Of a stretch of 64,000 nucleotides of DNA, positions 11,915 through 25,120 are shown piece by piece. Below the pieces are notes generated by a model. It saw only the letters and a program-made list of their open reading frames with translations, was not told where the DNA came from and ran no database searches. Position 1 is the stretch's first letter, and every line of letters starts with the position of its first letter. The stretch is from Mobula hypostoma (taxonomy: Eukaryota), in the NCBI RefSeq assembly GCF_963921235.1, contig NC_086097.1, positions 144,772,001 through 144,836,000 on the forward strand, given 5' to 3'. Made by a program: the position numbers and the translations under genes.

Positions 11915-12450
11915 ATAAAGGACTTTTCTTTACATAGTACTTTTCTCAACCTCAGGGTGACCTCCTTAGGATCAGAGGATGGGGAAGTGTATGCATTTGA
12001 ACATATCTTGATTCACAGTGTACTGAGGCCAGTGTAATTTTGCAGGAAAGTTGCTACGTCCTGGGGCAGTTCAATTTTGTGAGAACTTCTACCCAGTTCT
12101 TGCTGTGAGTTTCATGAGAACACAAGGACTTATGTCCAAAGAACTACTTCATAAAAGAGCCGCCACAACAGGCAAACAGCGCACAGCAGGGTCTCTACAA
12201 GCAGCAAGAGATAATGACAGCGTTTTCTGTTTTAGTGATCTTGTTTGAGAGTTGAATATTGGCTCCACATGCTCTTTTCCACATATTGTAAATGGATCTT
12301 TCACACCCACCTGGGAAATCTCAACAGAAATATAGCACCTCTGATAGTAGAGCATGTTCCACTGAGGTATTAGTGTTTTGCATTCAACTCTTTTAGTTTA
12401 GGGATTGAGCTCACAGTATTTTGACTCGACAAAGGTATTATCACTAATCA
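11915..12450 (-). mobile_element. SacSINE1-like Deu-SINE, old and interrupted
   Basis: Minus strand gives ggtgggtgtgaaagatccatt...gccaatattcaactctc...atcactaaaacag...ctgctgtgcgc, matching the Deu core/tail layout. Confidence 0.6.
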
Positions 12451-12619
12451 AGAATGAAACATTAAAATTATCCACGTAAAAAAGCTTGTGCAAAGTATGG
12501 GAATACCATGGGGCATTGCACCATAAAATGAAATAAATCAATCATGCCTTTTCTGAAATCTTCCTTTAAAGAAATAACTTTCGCTGAAAAAGTATGTTGT
12601 CATGCCTTCAGAATTTCTC

Positions 12620-13050
12620 TGGCATTGCATTAATCGTTTCTGATATGTTTTAAAAAAGAACATAGAAACAAGAGGAGGCATTTCAATTTTTGCAGCTTAT
12701 TCCAACCTTCTGCTAAACTATAGCCAGTCTCTTCTATGCTCCATTTATCTGCTTTTGACCCATATCCCTTGATATCTTTATATAACAAATAATGTATCAT
12801 GTTCAGCCCATTTGTCCCAGCAACCAAAGCCTCTGGGAGTAAAAAGTTCCAGATTTATAATGGCTTTTGTTTAAATAAATCTCTTTGATTTTATGCTTGA
12901 ATGGTTCAAGTCTGTTTTCATTTTGCTCTCTTATTCTGGATTCCTCCTTAAAAAGAAACTATTCTATTTATCCAGCCTAGTGAATCCTATTATCATTTTA
13001 TGAAGCTCAATTACATCAGTTCTCAACCTCCTAGAACCAACTGAATATAA
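12620..13050 (-). mobile_element. Old CR1 3' fragment
   Basis: catagaaacaagaggaggc tail and CR1 3' homology. Confidence 0.55.
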
Positions 13051-13203
13051 TGCTTTGCCTACTGTGTTATTTTAAAAATTGCATCCAGTTCAGATTAGTT
13101 CCAGAAACAGCCTTGAAACTGGTGTCTGGTTATTTACCTTTATAGTGAACGTTGTGAGTTTGAAGAAACTTATGCTCATCTTCAAACATTGGCATGTATT
13201 CAG

Positions 13204-13397
13204 CAAGCAATCTGCTGCAGGAACCCAGTGGGTCAACCAGCATCTGCGGGAAGAAAGGAATTGACGACGTTTCAGTTGAAACCCTGCATCAGGACCCCTA
13301 ATTCTTTTCCTCCCACAGATGCTGCATGACCTTCTGAGTTCCTCCAGCAGATTGTTTGTTGCTCTAGAGCCCAACATCTGCCGTCTCTTGTGTCTCC
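13204..13397. mobile_element. Palindromic mini-Penelope insertion (older subfamily)
   Basis: Imperfect inverted arms, one-sided tail, TSD-like tggcatgtattcag/tggcatgagatcag (13190-13203, 13398-13411). Confidence 0.7.
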
Positions 13398-14487
13398 TGG
13401 CATGAGATCAGTTCTGCTCACACGTCTGAGTAAGTCATCCAAAAGCAAGTGAATTTTCTCATTCTTTTACTGAAGCTTTGGAGGAAGGTTGGCAAAAATA
13501 CTGATGAGATGATCAAGTGGAGCTTGTGTCAGTAGTAAAGCACTGCTGTGGGAGGGGGTCTAAGGAACTTTACTCTACCAGCCCTTGCACCCCACCTATC
13601 AATTTCACCCTTAAGTATATGACTTGGATTCTGGAACGTTTTATAGTCATTGCCCAATAGACTGCCAGACAATAGATGATATAATTGCTCATTATATTGA
13701 AATAAACAGCAACAAATGACACATTGGTAAATTCTACCATTTTATCTGCTTAAACTGCAAACAAGTGTGCACACACATGGTTCTAATTTTTTCCGTGTTT
13801 TTCCTTAGTTTTCTGGACTTAACCAAGCAGATTACACGGTAGCAATTAGCCTGTCTAAAATGCCCAAAGTGCTTGTAAGAAAAAAAAACAATCTTGGAAA
13901 TCAAGTCTCCATATGAAAAGCATGTATTCTATAGTCATTATTCAGGTACAACTGTACCCGTGTTTAAGGTGGTGCCCAATGCCCGTTTCAAGGCTCTCTG
14001 GGAAATTGGATACCAGAGTAACGCACTAACTTAAAAATAAACATTCTCCAATCTGATTAACTGAAGAAAATTCTGCATCTCAAAAAACAGGACCACTGCT
14101 AATCCCAGCATCTTAATCTCTTCATGAAGATATTATTTACTCTGCTTTTGGATAAAAAGAAACATCAACTATCCAGATCCCTCAACTGGTTTGGTGAATT
14201 TTGAAAATCAGCAATTGAATTTTTGACCAAATCGTTGTTTAAACCTGCAATCAAGGTTATAAAATATAAAATTCTTTACAATCTTCAGCATTCAACCTTC
14301 AGTATTTAAAAGTAAGTTCAACAGTTTTGCATCATTTTTGTTCTGACAACAGGCAATGGCTTCCTAATGACACCTCATTTTCCTCAGCTAACACATTTGA
14401 TGCAGTTCTGCACTATCATCCATTTTATATTTCACAACTCCCACCTTCTTTGCCAGTCAGCCTATTCTTATTGCTCTCCCATATTTC

Positions 14488-14665
14488 ATAGAAATATAGA
14501 AAACCTACAGTACATTACAGGCCCTTCGGCCCACAATGTAGTGCTGACCAATGTAATGCTACTCTTGAGGTTGTCTTGAACTTCCCTACCACATAGCCCT
14601 CTGTTTTTCTAAGCTCCATGAACTTAACTAAGAGTCTATTAAAAGACCCTATTATATCCAAATTC
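14488..14665 (-). mobile_element. CR1 3' end fragment
   Basis: catagaaatatagaaa tail plus caggcccttcggcccacaat. Confidence 0.8.
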
Positions 14666-15395
14666 CCCTGCCTTTGTGCTTCCTTAAGATCCATTATAGC
14701 TGTAGCATTTTCCTGTTTTGCTGACGGATATTTGACTTGAAACATTAACTATTTTTTCTTCTTAATGGATGCTACTTGATCTATCGAGTAACCACAGCAC
14801 TGTTTCAGTTTTAAGGTAATCAAAGCTTCTTAATTAATGGAATATTAAAAGATATGCAAACCATTTTTCTTCCATTGGTGCTTATGCCTTGCTGATTATA
14901 AAGACGTAAGTAGGTCCAACACACATCTTGAGCTTCTCTCTGATAAATGAGGTGTCTAAATATTTGTCTTAAAAATAATGGCACCTCATTAATTTAAGCA
15001 GCTGAGCATCAGGCAGGAGGTGAGGAGCAGGACTAACAGTGTACTCTACAAACAAAACCAGAACAAGTGTTTAAACTATCATTTACCAAACAATAGTTAC
15101 ATTATGGACTGACTCCAAAGCTTTAAGTCACTTGAGATGGAAAATGGAGAGTGTGTAAAATACAATATTTAAATATTTATTTGGCGTCATAATGAATGTC
15201 AACAGTGGTGCAGCACTTAGAAAAGTTTAATTATGGGCAAAAAATATATATATCTGTATATTTCCTGGTCTTCAAAATGAACATCTGTCACCCTTGCTCA
15301 CTCTCAGAATTCTCCTCCATTCTCCTTGCATTTCTTCATACTTCTTACATGCTTCCACATTCCAAAACTCATCACATTTCCTCACTGTTACTTCA

Positions 15396-15397
<2 letters not shown>

Positions 15398-15428
<31 letters not shown>
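15398..15428. repeat. (CT)n microsatellite
   Basis: Seen directly. Confidence 0.95.
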
Positions 15429-15431
<3 letters not shown>

Positions 15432-15699
15432 ACTTTCGCATTGACTTCTTAGCCTTTCCATTCTCTTACACAACCTCAAACTCGCTTTGGGCAATCTTTC
15501 CATTGCATATCATATCTTCTTATAACAAAGAGGGATTTCAGCCCATCAGGTTTATGCCAGTGGATGACATGGAAGCTGTGTGGAAAATGTAGATCAGACG
15601 GAAAGTTGGGCAGAGCATTGGCAGACGGAAGTGTGACTTACTTTATGGGGCAATTTATGTCCTGAAAATTAATAAGAAGCATTAAATTATTTATTTAGT

Positions 15700-15968
15700 A
15701 TTTTATTTATTTAGAAATGCAGCACAGAATGGGCCCTTCCAGCCAAATGAGCTGCACCACCCAGCAGCCCACCTATACTTAACACTAGACAGGACAGTTT
15801 GTAATGACCAGCTAACCTACTAACTGTACGCCTTTGGACTGTGGGAGGAAATAGGAGCACCTGTTCATGGGTAGAACGCACAGATGGAAGTGACGGCACC
15901 AGAATTGAACTCTGAACTCTGGAGCACCCCGAGCTGTAATGGTGTCATGCTAACAACTTCACTGCCAT
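15700..15968 (-). mobile_element. V-SINE
   Basis: Reverse-complement homologue of 7010-7287. Confidence 0.75.
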
Positions 15969-16059
15969 AGCCATCTTTCAGAGGAGAAATTATAAACAAC
16001 AGGAACAATGTCTTCTGATTTAGATGTACCACACTCAAACTCATGTACACGACTACTAT

Positions 16060-16575
16060 CAGTGAACCAAGGAACCGTGAAAAGAGCCAACCTGTCAATG
16101 CTGACAAAGATTCCCATCTAAGCTACTCCCACTTGCTCCAATTTGGTCATGTCTCTCTAAACCCTTCCTACCCATGTACCTGTCCAAGTCCCTTTTAAAT
16201 GTTAATGTACCTGCTTCAACCATTTCCTCTGGCTAGTTCCCTATACTGACCAACTTCTACGAGAAGAAGTTGCCCTTTAGGTTCAGTCTGCAAGGAGTTT
16301 GTATGTTCTCTCCATGACCACATGGGTGTCCTCTCACTTTCCAAGGACATATTGGATAGTAGGTTAATTGATCACCTGGGTGTAATCAGGCACCATGGGT
16401 TCATTGGGCCAATAGGGCCTTTAACACTGCTGTATCTCTAAAATTAAAAAAAATTAAGATCTCTCCCATTTCACCTTAAGCCAATGCTCTCTTGTTCTTG
16501 ATTCCATAACCATGGGAAAAAAATTCTGTCTGTGACCCGATATCTATGCCCCTTTTAATATTATACACTTACGTA
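16060..16575 (-). mobile_element. CR1 3' fragment interrupted by a plus-strand 5'-truncated V-SINE (about 16285-16450)
   Basis: CR1 3' homology on both sides of a ggagtttgtatgttctc...aggttaattg segment. Confidence 0.65.
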
Positions 16576-18829
16576 ATATGCGGCACCCTAAAACTTCTGC
16601 CAACATTCATCCCTCAGCCAGCTCTGCAAAAGCCAAAGGTAGATTAATGATTCGTCTTCAAAATACATTTGGTGGGATCATACTGTCTGCAGAACTTCTT
16701 CTGCATTCCTTCCAGTTCAACATCATCTTCACTGGTATTTTCGGCAGGTGCCTCCTACCTTGCCTTTATTATGTCAGTACAAGTGACAGGAGGAGTGATG
16801 CATGTCACCAGGGATGTTCAGCCAGAATTACAATGGAGAAGAAAAAGGCCCAGAGTAAAGACAGCAGCAATAATCATTCATCATGACAGAAGCCCTCAGA
16901 GAGGTGATAAGATGTTTAACAAGTCAGACTTCGTAATATACCAAAGAAAGGGTAATTCAATCATTTTCCCTGAGTGAGGTCAACCAAAGCTTTAACTCCT
17001 GCTTTGTCAAACTTCATGTTTCCATTTGAGTAGTTCAATTAAAATACCGCATTATAATTCCCTCCCAACTGTTCATTACTTAGAGCACAAATGTACACCT
17101 GCAAAGTTCAGAAGAGCTATGGAGGAATGGAATTATTTCTGTTGTAACTCCTATTGTTCACGAAAGATCATCTTCCACAAAGGTGCTTTTGGTTAACCTG
17201 CATTCCAGAAAGAGCACAACAGTTGCACTCTTTATATTACAACCTGTATTGTTCTCTGTCTCTCAATAACCTGAACTTTAATACCTGATCCCAACTGATG
17301 ACATATCTTCACCAAATAATAAGCCCGGACATCTGTGAATAATCCCTATTAAGTTAAATGGCATTTAATTAGATCGGCCCCTGGGTAGACTCTGAATTTT
17401 GAATTCAGTCCAACAGAACTTCTGGAAGAAATTGTTAACCCTTTTTTACTCTGAGTTTGAAAGAAAATAAAGGATTTTCATTTATTCAACAAATTCCATG
17501 TCTTTATCATGTCCAAAACACTTCACAGACAATGAAAGCTTTAGACATTGCTACGATACATGGAAATTCTGTGCACAGCAAGCTCCAAAAATTTAAAATG
17601 AAAGAAATGGGAATATGTTTTCAAGGAAATAGACATTGTTTCTGTTGGAGGTGCCATGTTTCAGATAACATGTAACCAGAGTTATGCCTGTTCTCTCACC
17701 TGGATGAAAAAAGTCTCATTACATTTTGCCCTGGAAGAGCAAGGAAATTTCATTTGGGGTCCCTGTCAATATTTACTTCTCATCCATCATGCCTGATATG
17801 GATAATCTAATCAATTTTATGTGGGGCCTTGCACAGCATTTTTGGATGCCCTGGCATTTCAAAATCTAATGTATAAATCCAGTACATCTCTTTGTTTTAT
17901 TTGGAGACATGAAAAGCTACAGATACTGGAATGTCAAGTAAGAAACAAACTACCAGGGGAACTGATGCTGGATCTCGACCTGAAACGTTGTCAAACTCTC
18001 TGCCCCATTGATGCTACTTGCATGCAGAGTTTCTCCAGCAGTTTGTTTCTTGCTATGTTTTACTTTCTGTAAGAGTGATATGAAATCTTTTACAACAATG
18101 TGATATAGAAAAGAAGACGTAACATCTCAGCTCAATATACTGCACTGAGGTATTGGCCATGACTTTGTTCACAAGCTTCTCGAGCGAGGCTTAACCTTAT
18201 AACTTCAGAGTCAGAGAATGCATATAAATGCTGAGACGAATTGAAAATGGATCTAGTGCCTTCCCAGTGTATATGACAAGTAAACTTTTCTTGGGCCTCT
18301 CAGGCTTACCTGTACCCAGCTGGAAGCCCAAAAAGAATTTATTCGCTGAGACAAATTGACCAAATCTCTGTAATGGGAGGCAAAAGTGTTCCAATTGACC
18401 ACAGCTGATATTTTATTGGCTGCTTTCATTCCTCTTCCTTTTATATCAATTTTAGCATTTTATCCTAAATCAAGATGCCAAGAAAAGTTTGGTGCAGAGC
18501 CCAGAAATCTCTGTCCTTGTTTGATAATGTCGATGGCATTTGCTTTTTCTCTTGCTGGGGTGGAACCTTTATTTGGTGCTTTAGTAATTGCAGACAGACA
18601 TCAGGGAAACTTAAATAGCTTCCCAGTAATTCTCAGAGTTTCCAACTTCCCAGGGCTCAGCCCTAGCACTTTCACAGATAGTTGATAATATAACACCCAT
18701 TTTTCCAGTAAAAAGGGATTGTTCCTTCCATCAATATTCGGCTTTCTCCTCAAGCATAACGATAAATCAAGAGGAAGCATTATAAGTTAATTTCCTTGCC
18801 TTAAATTTGTTTACAGAATCATACTCCGA

Positions 18830-19640
18830 GAAGTGTAATTTTGTACTTACCTAGGGCATAAGCACAGGTAACCCAGGAACTGTGTAACTTTCAGTCTGAT
18901 GGAAGAGAATCCTAAAGCCAAGGAATAAACTGTACAGAATCAACACAATCCCAAAGCCCAGGGCAATTAGCTCTATACCTGTGGGACATGGGATTATACA
19001 GCCCAGGACAATTGACTCCTGAAGTCAGGGCACAGGGCCATAAAACCCATCAATGCACCCTCAGCCAGCCCAGAGAAGTAGCCTCATACAACCTATGATA
19101 CAGCTCAATCCAGCCCAGAATATAGTTTCTCACAACCCATAGATAACAGTCCTAGCCATCCAGGAAAACAACCTCATAAAATCCATGGATGCACTTTAAT
19201 TCAACCCACAAACACCACTGAAAATATCCATTGATATATGCCTTTACATCCAAGGTCCCTAATGCTATGAACTTCATCCATACAATCCTATCCAGCCCAG
19301 CGGCATAACTTCATACTACCAATGGATATAGCCCCATCCAGTCCAGAATATGACCTCAGATCAGCCACGGACACAGCCTCATTCAACACAAGCATACATC
19401 TTCATAAAATCCATAGATACATCTCAACCTAGGCTTGAGTATAATGGATATAGACTAGGATACAGCTTCTTACAACCCAACAATACAACCTTCCTCACCC
19501 CAATGGAATAACTTGATATAGTTTTGGGATACACCTTTCTATAATGCAAGTACTCCACGTCATACATACTCGATGTACAATCTCATGCACAATGAGTCTT
19601 ACACAATGCAACTATACATCTTCATACAAGCCAAGGATAA
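18830..19640. repeat. Highly decayed minisatellite, period about 40 bp
   Basis: Recurrent cagcccag / cataca / ccat(g/a)gata motifs at roughly 40-bp spacing. Confidence 0.6.
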
Positions 19641-20437
19641 ATTCTCTAAGACAGTGTCCATATACAAGGCTTGACTCAATCTTAAACACAATTTGATGCC
19701 ATGAAGAAGGAAACTTCAAGAAACAGGCATAGCATTGCTGCTTATTTTTAATATTGAAATTTTACTATATATATTAACAATATATTGTCTGTAGAGGATA
19801 TGAAATGTTAAAACAGAGAATCATTTGCAAATACATCAATTTTTTTTGCCTTTCAGTAAATGAAGTCTGTAAACAGGCTTAAGTCACTTCAGTGGAAGTG
19901 AAAGGAATAAAGGGGGATGTAATAGAGGTTATGAGAATCAGGGCTGTTAAAGGTCTATTTATTGTAAATTATTATAAATTACTATGATTTAACATTGCAC
20001 ATTTAGATAGAAATGTAACAAAGATTTTTACTCCTCATATATGTGAAAGATGTAAGAAATAAAGTCAATTCAATTCAATTCATTTCATGTGGGATATTTG
20101 AATTAGTTTTGGACAGCAGAATGGGTGGGATGGTATGGCTATGAGCTGCTGTGGGTCTAAATGAATTTGGAACATGTTTCCTTGCTGAGTGGTTGGCAGA
20201 CCTTTTGAAGGAAAGCTACTGGGTCAAGGGCATTAAAATTCCAGGTTAAATTGGACAGAAGGTGGGGGGGGGGGTGATGGGAATATTGTTTCTCAGATCA
20301 TCAAGAGCTCCAGGAATCTAGAAACTCAAACTCAGTCTAAGAGTGCTTGAAATCCAGAATTGAGATTTTCTATTTGCATAAGCTAAAAATATCTTCATGT
20401 TTCTTACAGTGTTTACTAAGATAGCCCCTCCAGTAAC

Positions 20438-21130
20438 TTAGAACATAGGACATTATAGCACAGTACAGGCCCCTTAGTGCACAATGTTATACTGATCTTT
20501 TAACCTACTCTAAGATCAATCTAACACTTCCTTCCTAAAAACTTTCCATTTTTCATTCATCCATGTGGCTATCTAGGAATTTATTAAATGCCGCTAATAT
20601 TTCTGCCTCTACCACCAGCCCTGTCAGGATGTTCTATACAACCAACAATCTCTGTGTTAAACACATACCTCTGATATCTCCACTATTATCTAGATGTCCA
20701 CTTCATCTATGCCTCTTATCATCCTGTACACCTCTATCAAGTCACTTCTCATCTTCATTTGTTCCAAATAGAAAAGCCTTCGCTCGCTCAACTTATCCTC
20801 ATAAGACATTGAATCTTATCCAGGCAACATCCTGGTAAATCTCCTCTGCACCCTCTCTAAAGCTTCCACATCTTTCAATGTAACGGGGCAACCAGAACTG
20901 AATGCTATATTATACGAATGGTCTAACCAAGGTTTTATAGAGCTGTATCACTACCTTGTGGCTCTTGAACTCAATGAAGGTCAAAACACATACATCTTCT
21001 TAATAACTCTATCCATTTGTGCTTCAACTTTGTGGGATTGATGGCTATGAAGCCCAAGATCCATCTATTCCTCTATATTTTTAAGAAACCCGCTATTAAC
21101 CCTGTATTCTGCTTTCAAATTTGACCAATG
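20438..21130 (-). mobile_element. CR1 3' fragment
   Basis: tagaacatag tail; minus strand resembles VRPF...QFW...KDVEALERVQRRFTRMLPG. Confidence 0.85.
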
Positions 21131-22024
21131 CAGGTGAACATTTAATGATGGCATTAGATCCTTAATTTCGCCCTCTCTTTTCAAGATTACTGAATACGCA
21201 AGCTTTGTCTGATGAGTTCCTCACTTTGAATCTTGTTGTCTGTCTGTACACTCTTTGCAACAAGCTGGTACATCCAAAATGAGGTGTGGTCTTTTTATTT
21301 TTGTTTGCATAATGAAGGAAATAAATATGGAGGCAAGGGTTTTATTATTTTTGCTCCTTCCAGCCTTTAACTTATATCTCAAACTTGCAAACCCTGACGT
21401 TAGCACATTTTCAAAGATCCTGACTGACAATGAAAAATTGATTTCGCATTAATACAAGAGGAATGTGCCCTTCCAGCAAAGGATGTTTAAAAAACTACGT
21501 GTGTGTGCTTGACTCAATTATTTTTTAATAATATAACTTTTATAAGTCAAGTTAACCTCTCATATGTTGAACCGCCCTGTGTTTTTGCTTCAGGTGATGT
21601 CTGCAAGATTCAAATCCTTCTTGGCTTTACTTGTCTGGATGTTTAGACATATGTGCATTGTGGTGTCTGCAGAAAATGGAGTAAGAAGGAAAGAATGTAT
21701 TGTGCCATTAAGCTGTTGAAATGCATAAAAACCCAACTGGTTTGCTTATGTCATTTAACTTCCACCCTGATCTTGTCTGTTGAGAATCGCCTCACATAGA
21801 AACTGAACACCCCAGCACTAAATATTATGAACAGATCTAGCAGTATCTATGAAAAAAAACAGAAAATTTAGGTCAAAGGGTCTATGATCAGAAGTATTAA
21901 TCTTGTTTTTATTTTCACAGATGCTTTCTGACCTGCCAACAGTTCCCAGTAATTTCAGCTTTTGTTCCAGATTTCCAGAAATTGTACTTTTCTTGATTTC
22001 CATTAATCACATGAGAGTGTGTTC

Positions 22025-25000
22025 TATCAGGTCTACACAGGCAAGCATCTCGCACTTTCTGCCCAGCTAACAGGAGTGACCTGACACTTATTTCCAACTC
22101 ATTACCTGCAAGTCATTAAATCCTGTTCTCATCCCCTGTCCTTTGGTTACTTTGTTACCCATTGAAGTAGCCAGCCTCAACTTGTTCACCCATCGAACCA
22201 GCCAGTTATTAGTAACCTCCAATTACCTTGTTGCCTTGTTGTGTACAGTATCTATTCTCTCTTGTTTTCTGGCCCCTCTTGGCTTGTTATTTTGCAGCTT
22301 ACTAGTAAAATATTGGTTAGTGCTAAATCATCTCCATTGCTCTGCTTTTGGGTCAAGCCTCCTCCACACATCCTGATTGAGCCAGTAGAGAACGCCTGCC
22401 TAAAGGAAGTTATCTGTCAACAGGAGCACAAGATCCTGAAGCAGCAGGAAACCATTGACCTCCTGCTCGCCATTCTCAACCAACTCCCCGTCTTGATACA
22501 GCATCTCTGTGCCAGTCAGCCTCCTCCCCTTGAGGCCTAATTCTAATGCCTGAATACTTTGAAGGATCCTCAACCCGATGCCATGACTTCCAGTCCCCAT
22601 ATGTCTTATACTGCCCAGGCAGTCCTCGGCAGGACGAGGCACACCAGCGAGGAAACTGACAGGGATTCAGATGGAAGAGAACAGTCCTGCCTCAGGGTAA
22701 CAGCAAAGACAGCCTGGCTTACCCAACAGAGGTAAAGACAGGAAAGGACAGATTCAACCTGAGGGTAACAGCAAGGACAGCCTGACCTACCCCATGGAGG
22801 CAAGGACAGGAAGGGAGCTCAATCCAGGGTGGCTCCAAATCTCAGGGTGGCCAGCAACCTTGGCTGGCTACAGAAACAGCCAAATCCATATCCAGCTCAG
22901 AATGGCAGACAGCCACTCAGCTGGCTCTGGAAACAGCCACGATGACAGCTCCGACTAGAAACAACAAGGCTCCATGAAGCAGTGGTCCTCCAACCAGGGC
23001 TTGAGATCACAAATGGCTGCTCTAGCCTTCCCCGAGTAGGTTGTTCTAAGGGGATACTGACAAGATGATCCCAGGGCCGCTTATATTCCCAGCCCCAAGA
23101 GGAGCATCAGGTGCCTATGATTAAGCCCAACTGAAACAAGGGACAGCCGGAAGGCCCGGAGTCCGGAGTCCATGAACCAGACCGTGAACCAGAACGCAGA
23201 CTTCATGGACCAGCCCATGACAAAATCACCATTTTCAATAAATTTGAGGTAGTCAACACTGAGAAGTGCCTGGATGTACCCATCTGAACCCCTCTAGACC
23301 CTTTGTGTAGAGGAAGACACATTTGACATGGGTGTCAGGGCTATCTTCTCCTAGTAAGGACCAGATGGGAAGACATACCTTTGTGCCTTCTCCTCATGCA
23401 TGTTCAGCTCTACATAGAATCTTTATGAAGTGGGAGACAGGGAGCTACTCACCATTAAATGACCAGAACCTTATATCCATACAACAGACCCGATCCCTCA
23501 GCCTCAAAGCTCATTCTGATTTTCTGGGATCCTGAGAACCAGATTCGCCAGGCCTTACAGCATAAGCCTGCTCTAGCTGATACACAGAGCAACCAACAAC
23601 TGCAAGAACATGCCAGCAGCTGTGTGGTCTGATGCACTCCAGTGGGCCCATACCTCTAGTCTCACCTCTCTTACCACTCCAGGTGCACGACAGACTCTGG
23701 GTTTTCCGCGGTGCCTATTATGGTAAATCGCAGAAGTGTGTCAGTTGCCACTGCCTGCCCCCACTGTATCCAGACCAAGTCGCACAGCCAGCAGCTCTCT
23801 GGAATCCTGTTGCTCCTACTGTTCCCTCTATGCCCATGATCCCACATCACCATGGATTTCATCATGGGTTTGCCACCTTCCAATGGGCCACAGTGAACAT
23901 GACAATGGTGGACCGTTTCTCCAAGGTAGCCCACTTTATTGTTCTCACCAAACTTCTGACAACTCCTGAGATGGTGGACCTGGTTCTCCATCATGTACTT
24001 CACCTCTACGGTTTCCCTTAGGACATTGTGTCAGACCAGGGCCCACAATTTGTCTCCTGCTTCTGATGAGCCTTCTGCTCCCTCCTCCGCACATCAGTGA
24101 CGACCAATCAGCAAGTGGAGAAGTTTCTGTGATGCTTCACTGCCTGTAATCACTCCACAAGGAAGAGGTATCTACTCTGGACTGAACTATCCCACAATCT
24201 ACACACCTCCTCTGCATGAGCATGTCAAACTTTCAGGTAGCTCATGGTTACCAACCCCATTTGTTTCTCGCAGAAGAGCCAACAGTTGAGGTCCCATCCA
24301 CCAAGGCCCTTGCTTGTTAGATGCTGCCAGAATGCTTAGAAGTGGGCATGGATAGCCATCCTAGCTGCCAATGGTGTCCACGGAGGCAAGGCTATCTGCT
24401 GCCTGCACCCAGCCAGATTCCTCCACTCTGGGCTACATGTCTGGATGTCCAACTGAAATATGCCCCTGCACACCACTTCCTGCAAGCTCACTCCCCGGTC
24501 CATTGATCCCTTCAAGATTGCCCATTAGATCCTTCCTGTCACTTACCATCTCCGCTATCATCATCTCTCAGGATCACGCCTGCCTTCCACATGTCCTGTT
24601 CACCGGTTGATAGGTTCACGTTGCCATAATGGGATGTGCAGTACTTGGTCAACTGGGAAGAGTACAACTCAGAGGAGAAGTCTTGGGTGCCATCCAGTTA
24701 TAACTCGGATCCATCGCTAATCGAGGAGTTCCATTCTGTGCATCCAGATTGTCCTGGGCCGCCAGGTACCAGCCATAAGAGGGATTTCCTGTAAGTCCTG
24801 CACAGGCAGGCACCTTCCAGTCCCCACCCAGCAAACAGGGGTTACTTACAACTTGCAGTATTTCCAACGCATCATCTGCAGCCTTATTAAACACAGCTCT
24901 CAGTCACAGTCCTTGTTCACCCGTCAAACCAGTCAGACTCACCCAGTTACTCCTAACCTTCAGTTACCCTGTTGCTTTGTTGTGTTAAATATCTGTTCTC

Positions 25001-25120
25001 TCTTGTTTTGTGGCCCCTTGTGGCTTGTTATTTTGCAACTATATTGGTAAAATATCAGTTATTCTGAAATCGTCTCTGCAGCTGTGCTTTTGGGTCAAAC
25101 CTCCTCTACACTTCCTGACA
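22025..25120 (+). mobile_element. Decayed chromodomain-bearing Gypsy (chromovirus/sushi-like) with two diverged LTRs
   Basis: LTRs at about 22025-22378 and 24790-25120 (TGT...ACA) share long blocks such as cttttgggtcaa.cctcct..aca..tcctga. Integrase VDRFSKVAHFI...DIVSDQGPQF; chromodomain VQYLVNWEEYNSEEKSWVP; purine tract before 24790. Confidence 0.85.
22602..23222 (-). mobile_element. Probable solo-LTR-like insertion nested in the chromovirus
   Basis: TGTC...GACA termini, internal short tandem repeats, unrelated to the flanking gag/pol; no clear TSD. Confidence 0.45.

Noticed and set aside
16578..16977. Overlapping ~100-aa ORFs and an acidic minus-strand peptide (EAPAENTSEDDVELEG)
   Set aside because: No recognisable domain or convincing splice sites.
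21594..21680. 87-nt AG/GT-bounded segment encoding a signal-peptide-like MSARFKSFLALLVWMFRHMCIVVSAENG
   Set aside because: It lies at the head of an old SINE-like remnant (aaaacccaactggttt... follows), and I found no partner exons or recognisable protein. RNA-seq would be needed.
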